A stretch of DNA of 64,000 bases. Origin: a virus. The notes beneath the pieces are model-generated. The model had not been told where the DNA came from, ran no database searches, and saw nothing but the letters and a program-made list of their open reading frames with translations. Below, in pieces: positions 10,055 to 20,800 of the stretch. Within the stretch, counting starts at the first letter, position 1, and every line of letters begins with the position of its first letter. The position numbers and the translations under genes are program-made. The stretch lies in the IMG/VR virus record IMGVR_UViG_3300025030_000006. One strand, 5' to 3'.

Positions 10055-10492
10055 TCATCTTCTAAATACATTTGAAAACATAAAACTTACCACTTTTACC
10101 CATTGTGTATTAGGTGGTGTTCCTTCTGGAACAGAATCATTATAAGAAACCAACTCAATGTGTTTGATATGCCAGTTTGTTGTTTGTATGTTTTTAATAT
10201 CAAATAAATCAATTAGTCTTTCACCTATTTTATCTGTTGTTTCTTGGTCTATGGAAACAACCTTAAAAAACAAGGTTGAGTTGGAAAACTGGTGAGGATA
10301 AGACCATCTAGGAGGTCTTTTTCCTGTTGCTTCTTTATAAAGAATAGCACCTTTTTTACTACTTGAGTATATAATATCTTCCGATGGATTCCAAGCATAA
10401 ATTCTTTCATCATCAGAAGTATGACCAAGAAGTGTTTTAATTGTATTGTCAGCTAAAATTATATCAATGATTTCTGCATTGGTTTCTAACAT
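10055..10492 (-). CDS. tail terminator / tail completion protein candidate (DUF3168-like position)
   Basis: 145-aa ORF abutting the preceding gene (10493) and immediately before the major tail gene. Confidence 0.45.
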   Translation of the reverse strand: MLETNAEIIDIILADNTIKTLLGHTSDDERIYAWNPSEDIIYSSSKKGAILYKEATGKRPPRWSYPHQFSNSTLFFKVVSIDQETTDKIGERLIDLFDIKNIQTTNWHIKHIELVSYNDSVPEGTPPNTQWVKVVSFMFSNVFRR

Positions 10493-11242
10493 CTATTCCT
10501 CCCACCATTCTTCATCATTTCCACTTGAAGATTCCAATGCTTTTTTATTATCAAAATAGACACGAAAATAAATGGCTGTTCTTCCGCCTTTGCTTCTTGT
10601 TCTTCTTTTTAATGCTCTATTTAATCTATCTCTTATCGTTTTTCTTATTTGTGGCCTTAATTCTTCCATTATATTTCTAAACCAAGGACGTTCTTCAACT
10701 GACCATGCACCACCTGAAGCACCTGTATCTAAAGCATTTGCATATACTTCAACGGGAGTTCTGTTTCCTTCACCACCTTCTGAAACAAATATTTTTCCAC
10801 CCCTATAAAACAAAGAAGTGTATTCAGTTCCCGTTGATTTAAATACACCCACCCTTATTCTACCCGTACCATCTATTTCAAAATCAATTGAATTAAATAA
10901 TGTACCTGTGGGAACACCTAAACCACTATCAAAGGAAGCAGGAGGCTGGCCGGGAGCAGAAGCCGTATATTTTCCCAATTCAGTATATTGATTTTTTTCA
11001 CCATCACCTTCTACCAAAACAATTGTATATTCTCTTCCTACCGGTTGATTATTTAAAATATTTTCTCTTAAATGGGCAACAACAAATTCACCCACCCAAT
11101 GGGCTACATCCTCCATTTCTTTTTCTACAGAGTCAAGAATTGGATTTAAAATTCTATCAGCAATAGCAGCACCAAGTTTGCTTTTCTGTACTGCTTTGCC
11201 AATTCGTATTCTTTCTTCTGCTATATCCTTTTTAATTGTCAT
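10493..11242 (-). CDS. HK97 gp10-like neck/tail-completion protein
   Basis: 249 aa. Contains a ...GVPTGTLFNSI... (TG.L..S) motif typical of the HK97 gp10 family. ATG overlaps the upstream stop. Synteny supports the call. Confidence 0.5.
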   Translation of the reverse strand: MTIKKDIAEERIRIGKAVQKSKLGAAIADRILNPILDSVEKEMEDVAHWVGEFVVAHLRENILNNQPVGREYTIVLVEGDGEKNQYTELGKYTASAPGQPPASFDSGLGVPTGTLFNSIDFEIDGTGRIRVGVFKSTGTEYTSLFYRGGKIFVSEGGEGNRTPVEVYANALDTGASGGAWSVEERPWFRNIMEELRPQIRKTIRDRLNRALKRRTRSKGGRTAIYFRVYFDNKKALESSSGNDEEWWEE

Positions 11243-11580
11243 CAGGTTTCCTCGACAGACAATAAAACCTCTATATGATGAACCCTATTGCCAGAAGCAA
11301 ATACAGGAAAAGGAATACCTTTTACAAATAAATTAATTCCATTCCAAATAATCTTATCGCCTTTTAAAAGCACTTTATCTTTTTCAAAAAAACCAATATG
11401 GGTTCCACTTGTATTTAAACCTGTATCCTTTTGCTGATAATTGTTTGTAGAAATTCTTTCATATTGAATATTGCACTTCACCTTTGATTCAATAACATTC
11501 CACGTTTTAACAGATTGTTTCTGTGCATTCTTGGTAATTGTTACTCGTTCATGCTGGCATCTCTGATTTAATAGATTCAT
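11242..11580 (-). CDS. head closure / head-tail joining protein candidate
   Basis: 112-aa ORF coupled by 1-nt overlaps on both sides. Size and position match the head-tail joining family. Confidence 0.45.
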   Translation of the reverse strand: MNLLNQRCQHERVTITKNAQKQSVKTWNVIESKVKCNIQYERISTNNYQQKDTGLNTSGTHIGFFEKDKVLLKGDKIIWNGINLFVKGIPFPVFASGNRVHHIEVLLSVEET

Positions 11581-12245
11581 TATATTACCTCTTTCCGATA
11601 TCTTTTTAAACCAGCAAAAACAGTTGCATTTAATCCTTGTAATTCTTTTAAAGCAGAAGGAGAATAATTAGTATAAGCATAATTACCTATTCTTTCAGAA
11701 GCCAAATTTGAATTCAGGGGAGTATTCATCAAAGTTTTAACCATATCGAAACAAAGGAATTTCAGTTCTTCCATTTCTGCGTCAGTGGTTTTATAACCAC
11801 CATTCCATTTAAATTTTATATTTCTATAATAACCGGGATAGAAACCACCATAATAAATCAATTTACCCCTGCTATTATACAAATGATATCCTTCAAAATC
11901 ATCATAATCTGTTGCTTCAGTAATTACATCACCATTAAGCAAAAATGTGGTGACACTATTTACAGGGTAAGTTGGAAAATAAAAATCATTCCCATTCACA
12001 CCATCAAAAATTGCATATTTTTCAGAATAAACGGGATTAGCAATAACAACATCATCAACTATAATAGTTTCTGCATAATCAAAATCTTGTGCTTTCAAAG
12101 TTCTGTTGCAAAATCTCTCAAAGACATTGGAAACAAAATTAATAGTTCCAATTATCTTTTCAGTAGTTCCTTGTTCAAGGGAATCAATTCCCATCATATT
12201 TCTATAATATTCAATATTTATTAAAGCATTAGTTGAAAATTTCAT
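11580..12245 (-). CDS. head-tail connector (gp6-like) candidate
   Basis: 221-aa ORF, first of the neck gene run after the capsid/decoration genes. Confidence 0.4.
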   Translation of the reverse strand: MKFSTNALINIEYYRNMMGIDSLEQGTTEKIIGTINFVSNVFERFCNRTLKAQDFDYAETIIVDDVVIANPVYSEKYAIFDGVNGNDFYFPTYPVNSVTTFLLNGDVITEATDYDDFEGYHLYNSRGKLIYYGGFYPGYYRNIKFKWNGGYKTTDAEMEELKFLCFDMVKTLMNTPLNSNLASERIGNYAYTNYSPSALKELQGLNATVFAGLKRYRKEVI

Positions 12246-12254
12246 TTATACCCC

Positions 12255-12512
12255 CTACACCTTTATTTGGGGAAAAATAGGGTCATCCGGTCCCGGTACT
12301 CTTTTATTCTTATCTGTTATTTCTTTATTTTTATTTTCATCAGAAAAAACAAGAACAGTTTCATTACCAATAAACTCATGTTTTCCTAATTCTTTATTTA
12401 AAATTTTAACTTTTCCTTGTTCCTCATACCTGATAGCAAGATTTTCCTGCATGTCGATAATTGCACCACCAAATCGTCTAATCAATTCAATGTCCAGAAT
12501 TTTAACTTTCAT
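12255..12512 (-). CDS. hypothetical protein
   Basis: ORF-track ORF 12255..12581. Likely start is ATG 12512 (MKVKILD...), preceded by AGAGAGGAAAATATG. Confidence 0.6.
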   Translation of the reverse strand: MKVKILDIELIRRFGGAIIDMQENLAIRYEEQGKVKILNKELGKHEFIGNETVLVFSDENKNKEITDKNKRVPGPDDPIFPQIKV

Positions 12513-12594
12513 ATTTTCCTCTCTTTTAAGAAAAGGGGTACGGGACAAAATACCCATACCCCTTACATTATTACAATACAATTGATTTTATTTA

Positions 12595-13038
12595 TTAAGC
12601 AGTAGCTACTTTGGGTTTACGTCCAGTACCATAAGTGCCAGTGAGAACCGTACCAGCCTGAGTCACCGGACGGCGTTGTTCTTCAAAGGTAATCAAATAA
12701 GCACCCCAAGTAACCGTATTGGTATCAACATCATGCAACAGACGAAGATAACGATTTGGGTCATCCACAACCACCAGATAAAGACCAGCAGCAGTAATTT
12801 GGGGAATGGTCAGAAAGTCAGTATCATAAGTAGAATCGTCAGAAGAATCCTGAACAACAATGTCAAGAGTACCACCAGAAGCAACAGTAGTTACATCAAT
12901 CAGAATAAGAGCACGATTAGCAAGACCACCAGTAAAAAGGTCAATTTCGGTTGCTGGGGAATTGGCAGCAGCACCAGCAGTTTCATCAGCTACCGAACGA
13001 AGACGAGCAATCCTATGGTTAGACAGAATATCGTACAT
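12595..13038 (-). CDS. head decoration/accessory capsid protein candidate
   Basis: 147-aa Ala/Thr/Gly-rich ORF directly after the major capsid gene. GC is higher than neighbouring genes, as for the capsid gene. Confidence 0.4.
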   Translation of the reverse strand: MYDILSNHRIARLRSVADETAGAAANSPATEIDLFTGGLANRALILIDVTTVASGGTLDIVVQDSSDDSTYDTDFLTIPQITAAGLYLVVVDDPNRYLRLLHDVDTNTVTWGAYLITFEEQRRPVTQAGTVLTGTYGTGRKPKVATA

Positions 13039-13065
13039 TTTTATATTTCCTCCATTATTATTAAT

Positions 13066-13102
13066 TTTTTAAAAGTGGGGGATTTATATTTCAAAATCCC
13101 CC
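13066..13102 (-). terminator. rho-independent terminator after major capsid gene
   Basis: Minus strand: GGGGGATTT-tgaaatat-AAATCCCCC followed by CTTTTAAAAAA. Lies 20 nt downstream of the capsid stop. Confidence 0.65.
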
Positions 13103-13122
13103 GAATCAATCATCTATTACAA

Positions 13123-14364
13123 TTAACTTGGGTCACTTAAGGCCACAAACGACTGTGGGATAGCACATTGACCATCTACTCGACCAGAACAACGGAGAGC
13201 GGTACGGTTTTTACGGAACTGAGCATGTTTACTGGAATCCATCGAAAAATCTTGCGGGAAACCAATATAGTAATTACTGCAATTGGCATAAATAACATCA
13301 CCAGTGTTGCCAAGAGCCGGAATTTTACCATCAGCCAGAATTGCAGGACGGCCAAGCAGGGTCATATTATAACCATCAGAAATATTAGCAAAAGATTCCT
13401 GAAGAACCAATTCTTTACTCTGTGCAGAAACTTTCTGACCACGAAGGGCAGCACGAGCCTTTTTAGTAATAAACCAAACGGCACCATTATCAAAAACGGC
13501 AGGCATTCTTGCTTCCATATTCAGAATATCATCAACTTCAACCGTGGAAGCGGTCTGCCGATTAACAGTGAGAATAGACGGGTCATTGATAATACCAAGG
13601 GGTTGTTTTCCACCCGTACCCTGAATAAACGCTTTATCAGTAATCCAATACCACGCTTCGCGGAACATGCGGGTAAGGAAGTTCACCAGATTAACAACAG
13701 ACGATTCAAGTAGAGTATTGGTAATTTCAGTATAACCAGCCAATTCATGAGCAACCATTTCAATCAAACCAAAGGAAGGCTCAGTAGCACCCTTTTCGCC
13801 ACCTTCTTCAGTCCAAGTAAAAGAAACACCTGCAAAATGGTCAAAAGCTGCATCTTCAATATCAGGATTCTGATTCAGTTTAGGGAAAGCCAGTTTTTCA
13901 GCAGCCATAGGCCAAACGGTAGCCCTTTGCCAAACAAGAGTAGGCTGTGCATCGTACATAATCATAATTGCACGGAATTCAGCAGGAACCAAATAACCAC
14001 CTGAAGAATCCACACCTTCAGAAAGCAGTTTGGTAACTTGACCAGATTTCAGATATTGAGCAAAGTCTTTGGCCCACACAGAAACTTCTTCAGAAACCTG
14101 AACCCAAGGAGCCTGTTTATTTTTCAGAGAAATAATACTTCCCTGTTTGGTGGACATATAATCACCGTCGATTTTAACAAACGGGAGATTACTTGCCAGA
14201 GTTTTAGCCGACATACCAGAAAAAGGATTGGCAACGTCATTCTGCAAATCAGTAATTTGTTTTCCAATAACACCCTTAACCATATTACCAAAATCAGCAG
14301 ATTCAAAATGTGTATCCATTTGAGATTTCAACAGTTGAATAAGGTCTTCTTTGGTCATCTTCAT
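13123..14364 (-). CDS. major capsid protein, HK97 fold family
   Basis: 413 aa. Contains ...DSSGGYLVPAEF... and the overall pattern typical of HK97-family capsids. Follows the prohead protease gene. Confidence 0.85.
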   Translation of the reverse strand: MKMTKEDLIQLLKSQMDTHFESADFGNMVKGVIGKQITDLQNDVANPFSGMSAKTLASNLPFVKIDGDYMSTKQGSIISLKNKQAPWVQVSEEVSVWAKDFAQYLKSGQVTKLLSEGVDSSGGYLVPAEFRAIMIMYDAQPTLVWQRATVWPMAAEKLAFPKLNQNPDIEDAAFDHFAGVSFTWTEEGGEKGATEPSFGLIEMVAHELAGYTEITNTLLESSVVNLVNFLTRMFREAWYWITDKAFIQGTGGKQPLGIINDPSILTVNRQTASTVEVDDILNMEARMPAVFDNGAVWFITKKARAALRGQKVSAQSKELVLQESFANISDGYNMTLLGRPAILADGKIPALGNTGDVIYANCSNYYIGFPQDFSMDSSKHAQFRKNRTALRCSGRVDGQCAIPQSFVALSDPS

Positions 14365-14392
14365 TTCAATTTTCCTCCATTTAATTATTTAA

Positions 14393-15826
14393 TTAATCGT
14401 CCAATTTTCCAGAAAAATCCTGCATAACTTGTTTAATGGATTTCTCCAATGCTTCACACAAAGTAGATTTTGCATTTGCTTTCATCTGTGATTTAACTTC
14501 TTCAAAAACCTTATCATCTACTTCGATGAAATCTTCTGAATTCTTTTCTTCACTGACAGGGGAGAGCAATGAAGCATCAAATTCAATCATTTCACCATTT
14601 TTAGATTCTTCAGTTTCTTCTTCAAGTTCAATCTCAGAATCGACATTTTCATTATTGTCTATTTCTTCTTCCTTTTCAACCAAAATTTTAGAAGTGGTTA
14701 AAAGTTCTTTTACTTTGTCAAAAACTTTTTCAGCTAGTTCATCAATATTGATTTCTTTAGGTGTTAAACTAATATTTTCATTTAAAACTTCATTTTCCTC
14801 TTTTTCTTCTTTTTCCTCCACTTCCTCTGTTTCAATTTTTTCTTCTTTGACTTCAGTATTTTCTACTTCTTTATTTTTTTCCTCCATTTCCAATTCTTCT
14901 TCTAATTCCTCATTTTCATCAGTCTCTTCATTTTCAAGACCTTTATTTAATTCAATTTCTTCTTCAACCATTTCCAATTCAAATTCTTCTTCACCAATTT
15001 GTTTTTCACCCATATCAAAATATTTAACTTTTCCTATGGTGAAACCATTATCATTCACCCATTTTCCAGCCTCTTTTTCATCCATATCAGAATTAAACAA
15101 ATAACCAATCAATTCTTTTTCTGCTTCGGGATTATCAATGGCAACACCATAAATACCTTTAATTCCTTTAGTCATTTGCAGAATGGCGGGGGAAGTATAA
15201 ATTTCAGTATCAGTTACAGGAACAAATAAACCAGAATCCATTTTGCAGGTAAATTGCTTATAACCTTGTGCTGCCAGAGTAGGGGGAAGGTCATCATTGA
15301 TTCCCCGACAATCCATATTGGCATTTGGGTTTGCAGGAACAGTTACCGGAGAAATTTCAAGCAACTCTTGTTTGGTAAATTCCCTACCACCATACCAGCG
15401 GTTTTCTTCATCTCTCCAAGAAAATTCCAAACCCATAAAACCAACAGAAAAGGTATTCAAAAATCCATTCTGATATTTGCTGAAAATCATTCTAGCTTTT
15501 TCATCATTAGCATCAAATTGGGGTTTAAAAATAAGTTTCTTTTTTACTTTATCTTTTTTGATGGAAATTGCTTTACCAACAGGAAGTTCATAATAATTAT
15601 GACTCCAAGGAAGAACGGGATTTTTCATAAAATTTTGTAGTTTCCAACCATCTACCCTGACAATATCCTTGTCTCTGTCTTCATCTTCTGTAGAACCAAC
15701 AGCAAGAAAGGTTAGGTTCTTGTCATCCAATTGTTCAATTTTAACTTCTGGAATATCATAACCCATTAAAAAAAGACCATCCTTTTTAATAGGCAATCCA
15801 TTTTTGCCCTTAATACGATATGCCAT
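14393..15826 (-). CDS. prohead serine protease (HK97/S78-like) fused to acidic coiled-coil scaffold domain
   Basis: N-terminal ~190 aa resemble HK97 prohead protease (FLAVGSTEDEDRDKDIV..GW.L..F..NPV.PWSHN). C-terminal ~250 aa are extremely Glu-rich (EEELEMEEKNKE...). Confidence 0.8.
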   Translation of the reverse strand: MAYRIKGKNGLPIKKDGLFLMGYDIPEVKIEQLDDKNLTFLAVGSTEDEDRDKDIVRVDGWKLQNFMKNPVLPWSHNYYELPVGKAISIKKDKVKKKLIFKPQFDANDEKARMIFSKYQNGFLNTFSVGFMGLEFSWRDEENRWYGGREFTKQELLEISPVTVPANPNANMDCRGINDDLPPTLAAQGYKQFTCKMDSGLFVPVTDTEIYTSPAILQMTKGIKGIYGVAIDNPEAEKELIGYLFNSDMDEKEAGKWVNDNGFTIGKVKYFDMGEKQIGEEEFELEMVEEEIELNKGLENEETDENEELEEELEMEEKNKEVENTEVKEEKIETEEVEEKEEKEENEVLNENISLTPKEINIDELAEKVFDKVKELLTTSKILVEKEEEIDNNENVDSEIELEEETEESKNGEMIEFDASLLSPVSEEKNSEDFIEVDDKVFEEVKSQMKANAKSTLCEALEKSIKQVMQDFSGKLDD

Positions 15827-15827
15827 T

Positions 15828-17768
15828 TCAAATCTCCTTTTTAGGCTCTATTGAACAATCACAAGAAAAATTAGGAATCTGATTGGGGAACAATTGTTTC
15901 CCTTTTATATTTTCAAGTCTTCCTCTATGACCACATTCGTTTCCATTTACCTTCCAATCAAATGTAATATTTTTATTCGTCATTATCAACCATTTTGTAT
16001 AATTAACTGTTGCTCTCAAAAGAGTGTTGGTTATTTTCGCCATTCTTGGGTTTGTGTTGAATTGTTCATCAATCAATTGTTCCCAATTTTTATTATCTGA
16101 ATTGTTGTACTTGAAAATGGATTCCTTATACTCATACGCCAGTTTTTCGGAAATAGGAGATACCCAATTTTTTTCATCATAATCAATTGGTTTTACGCCT
16201 ATATGTTGAAAAAGAACCCCAATGGTTTTGCTAATAATCATGGAAAGTGCTTTGGATAAATCTTCTTTCATTGCTTCTTTATTGGTTTGTTTCAAAATAT
16301 CCAGAATCAGCTTATTCCATGTTTCCCTGAAAGAAAATTCATATTCTGAAAATTGAGTTAATTTTAAATTAATATCTGTGTTCTCAATTGTTCTTTCATC
16401 CGTTGGATTTTCGTCTCTATCATCCGTTCCATCGGGATTTAAATTAGGTTTATCGTCATCATGTCTGGTAGGGTCTGTTTCATTATCACCACCACCATTT
16501 CCAGAACCACTATTCCTTGCTTCTTCCAAAAGTAAATCAACAAAATCTTTTGCTCTACTTAATGGCACCAAGGAACCTTTTATACTAACTAAAATTTCAT
16601 CTCCACCTTCTTGCCTTGGTAAATCTAATGTTTCACTTCTAAATTCATTTATAGCCATTACTGGTTGTGCTGCCAAATAAACCCTTGCTTCTTTTACATC
16701 CAAATCCCTATCCCTTGGAATAGGGTCATGGTGTCTGATTTCTAGTTTTTCATCAAATTCATGCAAAATACCATAAGTCAGTGCTTCATCCCACAAAACC
16801 AGCCTAGACTTAATACATTCTCTATTAAATGAAATATCAGCCGTTACACTTCCTGAACGGTTAGATTCATTATCACCCCCCGCTTTGGAAATAGGAACAC
16901 CATAACAAGAAAATATTTTGGATTTACTCCATCCTGCCAAATTTAAAAATTCAAAATCCTTGTTGGTAAATTTAAGCGGTACAGGTTTCAATCCAGAAGA
17001 CAAAACGGCTATATCGTGGAATGTTCCAGTATATTTTGACTTCCATCTATTTTTAATTTCGTCTGCCTTTTCTTGGTCAATTTCTGCATCAGTATATAAA
17101 GCCATATCAATTCGTGCTGAGTTTTTAAAGAAATCTCTTTCATATACCTCAACGTAAGAATCTATATCAACTGAATAAGCCTGAGCCTGAATTGGACTCA
17201 TCGGCCAATAAACATTTTTAGGGTTGGGATATTTAATTACAATCAATTCTCTTGAATCAAACTTAATCTGCCTGTCATCAAAATTAAACGTGTAAGTTAT
17301 TTTTGGTTGTAAAAAATTATTTTCAATATCTACACTAACAAAATCATTCATGTTCAAGGGCCAAAGTTCCCAAATTTGGCCTAATTGATTTCTGGCTTTA
17401 TAAATACAAGCCATACCACACAAATCCAACTGAATCTGACAAAAGGCTTTGATAAATCTAAGCGTCATTAATTCGTTGGGTTTAAAAAATGGTTTGGTAA
17501 ATGTTTTATAGGCTTTTGATTTACTGGTAACTTCTTCATTCGTATCAGAACGATAGAAAAAATAAGGAACTGTAGAAACTCGTTTTTCAATAAGAGATAC
17601 ACAAGAAAATACCCATGATTTATATTCAGATAATTGTGCCTGTGTGCTTCCTTTTAAATTTTCAATGGAAGCACCTTTTTCCCTATTAATTATCTGAACT
17701 AAATCAGAATAACTTTTTCCAATGTCAAGTTTGAATGGTCCAATTCGCAAGGTGTCCTCCCTATACAT
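15828..17768 (-). CDS. portal protein with C-terminal Mu F/SPP1 gp7-like minor head domain
   Basis: 646 aa. The portal-like N-terminal ~430 aa are followed by a G/D-rich linker (SGSGNGGGDNETDP...). The C-terminal domain ends W..NGNECGHRG....P.FSCDCSIEP, like the Mu F C-terminal W..C...P.H.NCRC..P. Confidence 0.75.
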   Translation of the reverse strand: MYREDTLRIGPFKLDIGKSYSDLVQIINREKGASIENLKGSTQAQLSEYKSWVFSCVSLIEKRVSTVPYFFYRSDTNEEVTSKSKAYKTFTKPFFKPNELMTLRFIKAFCQIQLDLCGMACIYKARNQLGQIWELWPLNMNDFVSVDIENNFLQPKITYTFNFDDRQIKFDSRELIVIKYPNPKNVYWPMSPIQAQAYSVDIDSYVEVYERDFFKNSARIDMALYTDAEIDQEKADEIKNRWKSKYTGTFHDIAVLSSGLKPVPLKFTNKDFEFLNLAGWSKSKIFSCYGVPISKAGGDNESNRSGSVTADISFNRECIKSRLVLWDEALTYGILHEFDEKLEIRHHDPIPRDRDLDVKEARVYLAAQPVMAINEFRSETLDLPRQEGGDEILVSIKGSLVPLSRAKDFVDLLLEEARNSGSGNGGGDNETDPTRHDDDKPNLNPDGTDDRDENPTDERTIENTDINLKLTQFSEYEFSFRETWNKLILDILKQTNKEAMKEDLSKALSMIISKTIGVLFQHIGVKPIDYDEKNWVSPISEKLAYEYKESIFKYNNSDNKNWEQLIDEQFNTNPRMAKITNTLLRATVNYTKWLIMTNKNITFDWKVNGNECGHRGRLENIKGKQLFPNQIPNFSCDCSIEPKKEI

Positions 17769-17891
17769 GAATAAACTCTGCTAATACGATTAAATTGTAA
17801 AACCATACTAGCAGAGTCTTTAATAAAATACTAATCTTTTCGTTATATTATTGTTTTCATTATTTATAATACTTTTATTTCATTTTAAACT

Positions 17892-20800
17892 CCCCCCCCC
17901 ACTCCTTGAGGTCTCGGTGGCGGATGTAGAGGATGTACGGCTTTACCCCATTACTGCACCAGATAGGTGTAGGTGTAGAACATGGTAACTCCACCGGCGG
18001 TGTTGCTGTTCCATTTCAGCGTGGCCCGGTCATTGGTTGCATCCGCCGAAATCCCTGCACCCAAACCTGAAACCGACTGATTGAATGCTGTACCAGCGCA
18101 TTGTTCCTCTGTCGTTAGTGCACTAGCTATAGGCAGAGATATCCCCAGCGTTGTAGTCGTGGTCGAGGTTACGGTCATGTCCACTTTGCCAGAGACGGTA
18201 ACGGTATTACCTACCCGCATGTACTGAGCCGTGTAGGGAGTTGAGACGCTGATGTTGCCTACGTTGGTCAAGGTCGGGGTGTACGTGCCGGAGGTCGGTG
18301 AACCGGAAGGTAGCACCGAAGCATCAAATTTCCCGCTGCTGTCCAACTTCGCCAGCTTCCCGCTATCGCCGGCGCCAGCTGAGGTGGTAACGGCGGCCGC
18401 CACGGTGTCAGAGGCGCTTTTGATATTGGCGGCATCGGCACAGGCATTATTTTCGTCACAAATACCCTTAGTGTTGGCAAATTGGATATGGTCGTTATAC
18501 TCTACGTTTCCGTTGTTGGCGGCTGTGGAGTTACTGACGGCCCCTTGCAGGTCGGCGGTGCCGCCAACGGTGAGGTTGCCAGAAAAATCACCAATCGCCT
18601 TCCACCCGGTGTTGCCGGTGCCGGTGACCTTGATGTAAAGGACCGTGCTGGAGTCTGTCGGGTTCATTCGAAGGTACATTGACCCCACGGTAGCCGCAGC
18701 AGCACCTTCGGGGGAGTTCAGGCCGACAAACACCGATACGTAGGATTGCATATTATTCTGGCCATACAGCCGCATCGGTCCACGATATTCCAGCGCATCC
18801 TGATATAACCCGATCAGGTCAAAGGCCGCACCTGTCGAGGCGTAACACCATTTCACACCGTCCGCGCCGGTAACGCAGGCACTGGAATGGGTCGGTTCAC
18901 TCCCGGTCGCCGTTGTCCCGGCGGCGTTGCCACAAACATACACCCGGCCACCGTTTGCCCGGATACTCCCCCACTGGACACTCTGCCCATTGGCCCACGC
19001 CGTTGCGGTTCTGGACAAGGCCCGGGATACGGATGTGAGCAGGCCCCCAGCAGGGTCGATACTCCATGTACCCAGGTTGAATTTTCCATCGGCCCCCATC
19101 GCCGGATATTGGTTCGCTCCCGTACCAATATTGCTCTCCAGCATGTAGCCGGCGTGAGGGTCGGATGCTGCATTGTGCGCAGTCACGGCGGCACTCCCTG
19201 TGTCGCTGTTGGTTACCTGCTGACCTGCCAGAGATATCCCTGTACCAGCGGTTACCGGGTCGTGCAGCTTGGTATGGTCATGGGTGGATTCGTGCCCCGC
19301 GACAGCCCCTGCTTCCTCGAATGTTCCACGACTGCCGTCAGCCAGGGCATATTGCACATGATCATCATCGCCGAGACCTGTCAGTGAGCCGTGGTCAGTC
19401 GCTCCGGCCCCGGTCGGGCCGCCGCCAAGATGCTGGGTAATGGTGCCGTTGACGAATGTAAAAACCGCTCCGCCGTAGGGCGGGATAACCACGTCCGCGC
19501 CAGTCATCGTGCGCAGGACAGAAGAGTTGTTGGTCAGGGTAATTGAATAGGTCCCGCTCCCATTCCGCAGCACAAAGAGCGGAATCTTATTATCACCGCT
19601 CTTGCGGGCAAACCCGGTGATTGTCGCTCCCGCCCCGGTCGGTGTGTAGACTACCGCTGGAGCATTGACAGTCACCACGCCAGCCGATGGAGTGACTGCG
19701 GTCCAGCCCTCGAACTCAACCCCCGGCAGAATGGTTGACCCGCTCGTGTCCTGATAGGTGGCCACATACCCGGAGACGATGGCCCCGCCATTATCGAGGT
19801 CCGTGGCGTTAATCTGTCCCGTGGTGTTAGGTGCCACGTTGTCCTTGATCCGGATGCCGGTTTTAAGAGAAGCGCCCCGCTGCGAGAGGTTGACCAGCAT
19901 CCCCGCCCCCTCGTAGTAGTTGGTTTCGACGATGATGTTTTTGAGCGGGATCCCGGTTGATTCCGACACCTGAACACCGTGCCTGCTGGCCGCCGAAGCT
20001 GTAGAGACAGAAGGCGGGGTAAACATCTGATTCCCTCGTACAGCAATATCGGTTGCCGTCCCGTTGGCCGAGCTACCTAACTGGACACCGAAGCGCGAAG
20101 GATCGATCATCAGGTTATTCGCGACTAGTACCCGCTCCCCGGCAACGTCAGGGCCGACAACGGAGCCGGCCACACGAATTTGCGCCGATTCGGTATTGAG
20201 ATGGACCTTTCGCACTGACTCCTGGATAAACGTCTCGGTTGGCGCAGAGGAAAGGGTGATTGTCGTCCCGGCGATGTTGGTAATTTTGGAGACGAAGTAT
20301 TGCCCGAACGAGGTCTTGGACTCCACGATGACAAAATCATTGATAGCCAACCCTGTTACATCAGCCACAGTCAGGGTCGTGGACCCGGTGATGATTGAGC
20401 CGGTAGTGGAAATTTCAGAATCTGCGGTCCATCCAGAGCGGACCAGAGTGTTGTTTGCGATCAACCCGTTCCTGCCACCGTCCGCCGCCGTGATGTTGGA
20501 CGAATACCCCCCGACCACGGTATTGCCGGTGACAGTGAACTGAGACACGCCGGTTGCTGGGGCGGCATACCAGGTCGCCGGTGTGTTTTGCAGGCTCACA
20601 GGGGTTGCCGTCACACAGATGGCGGTCGCGGCGGTGCCGGATGCAATGCTTATAACCTTGAACGTCGCCTCGTCGCTGCCCGAGGTGAGCGTTATCAAAT
20701 TGTCAAGAAAGCTACTCGAAAAGGTCGTAGCCAAGGCCGTCAGGGTCACGGTGTCTCCGGCATTATAGGTTGATCCGGTCGCCGTTGCCGTGCCGGAGAG

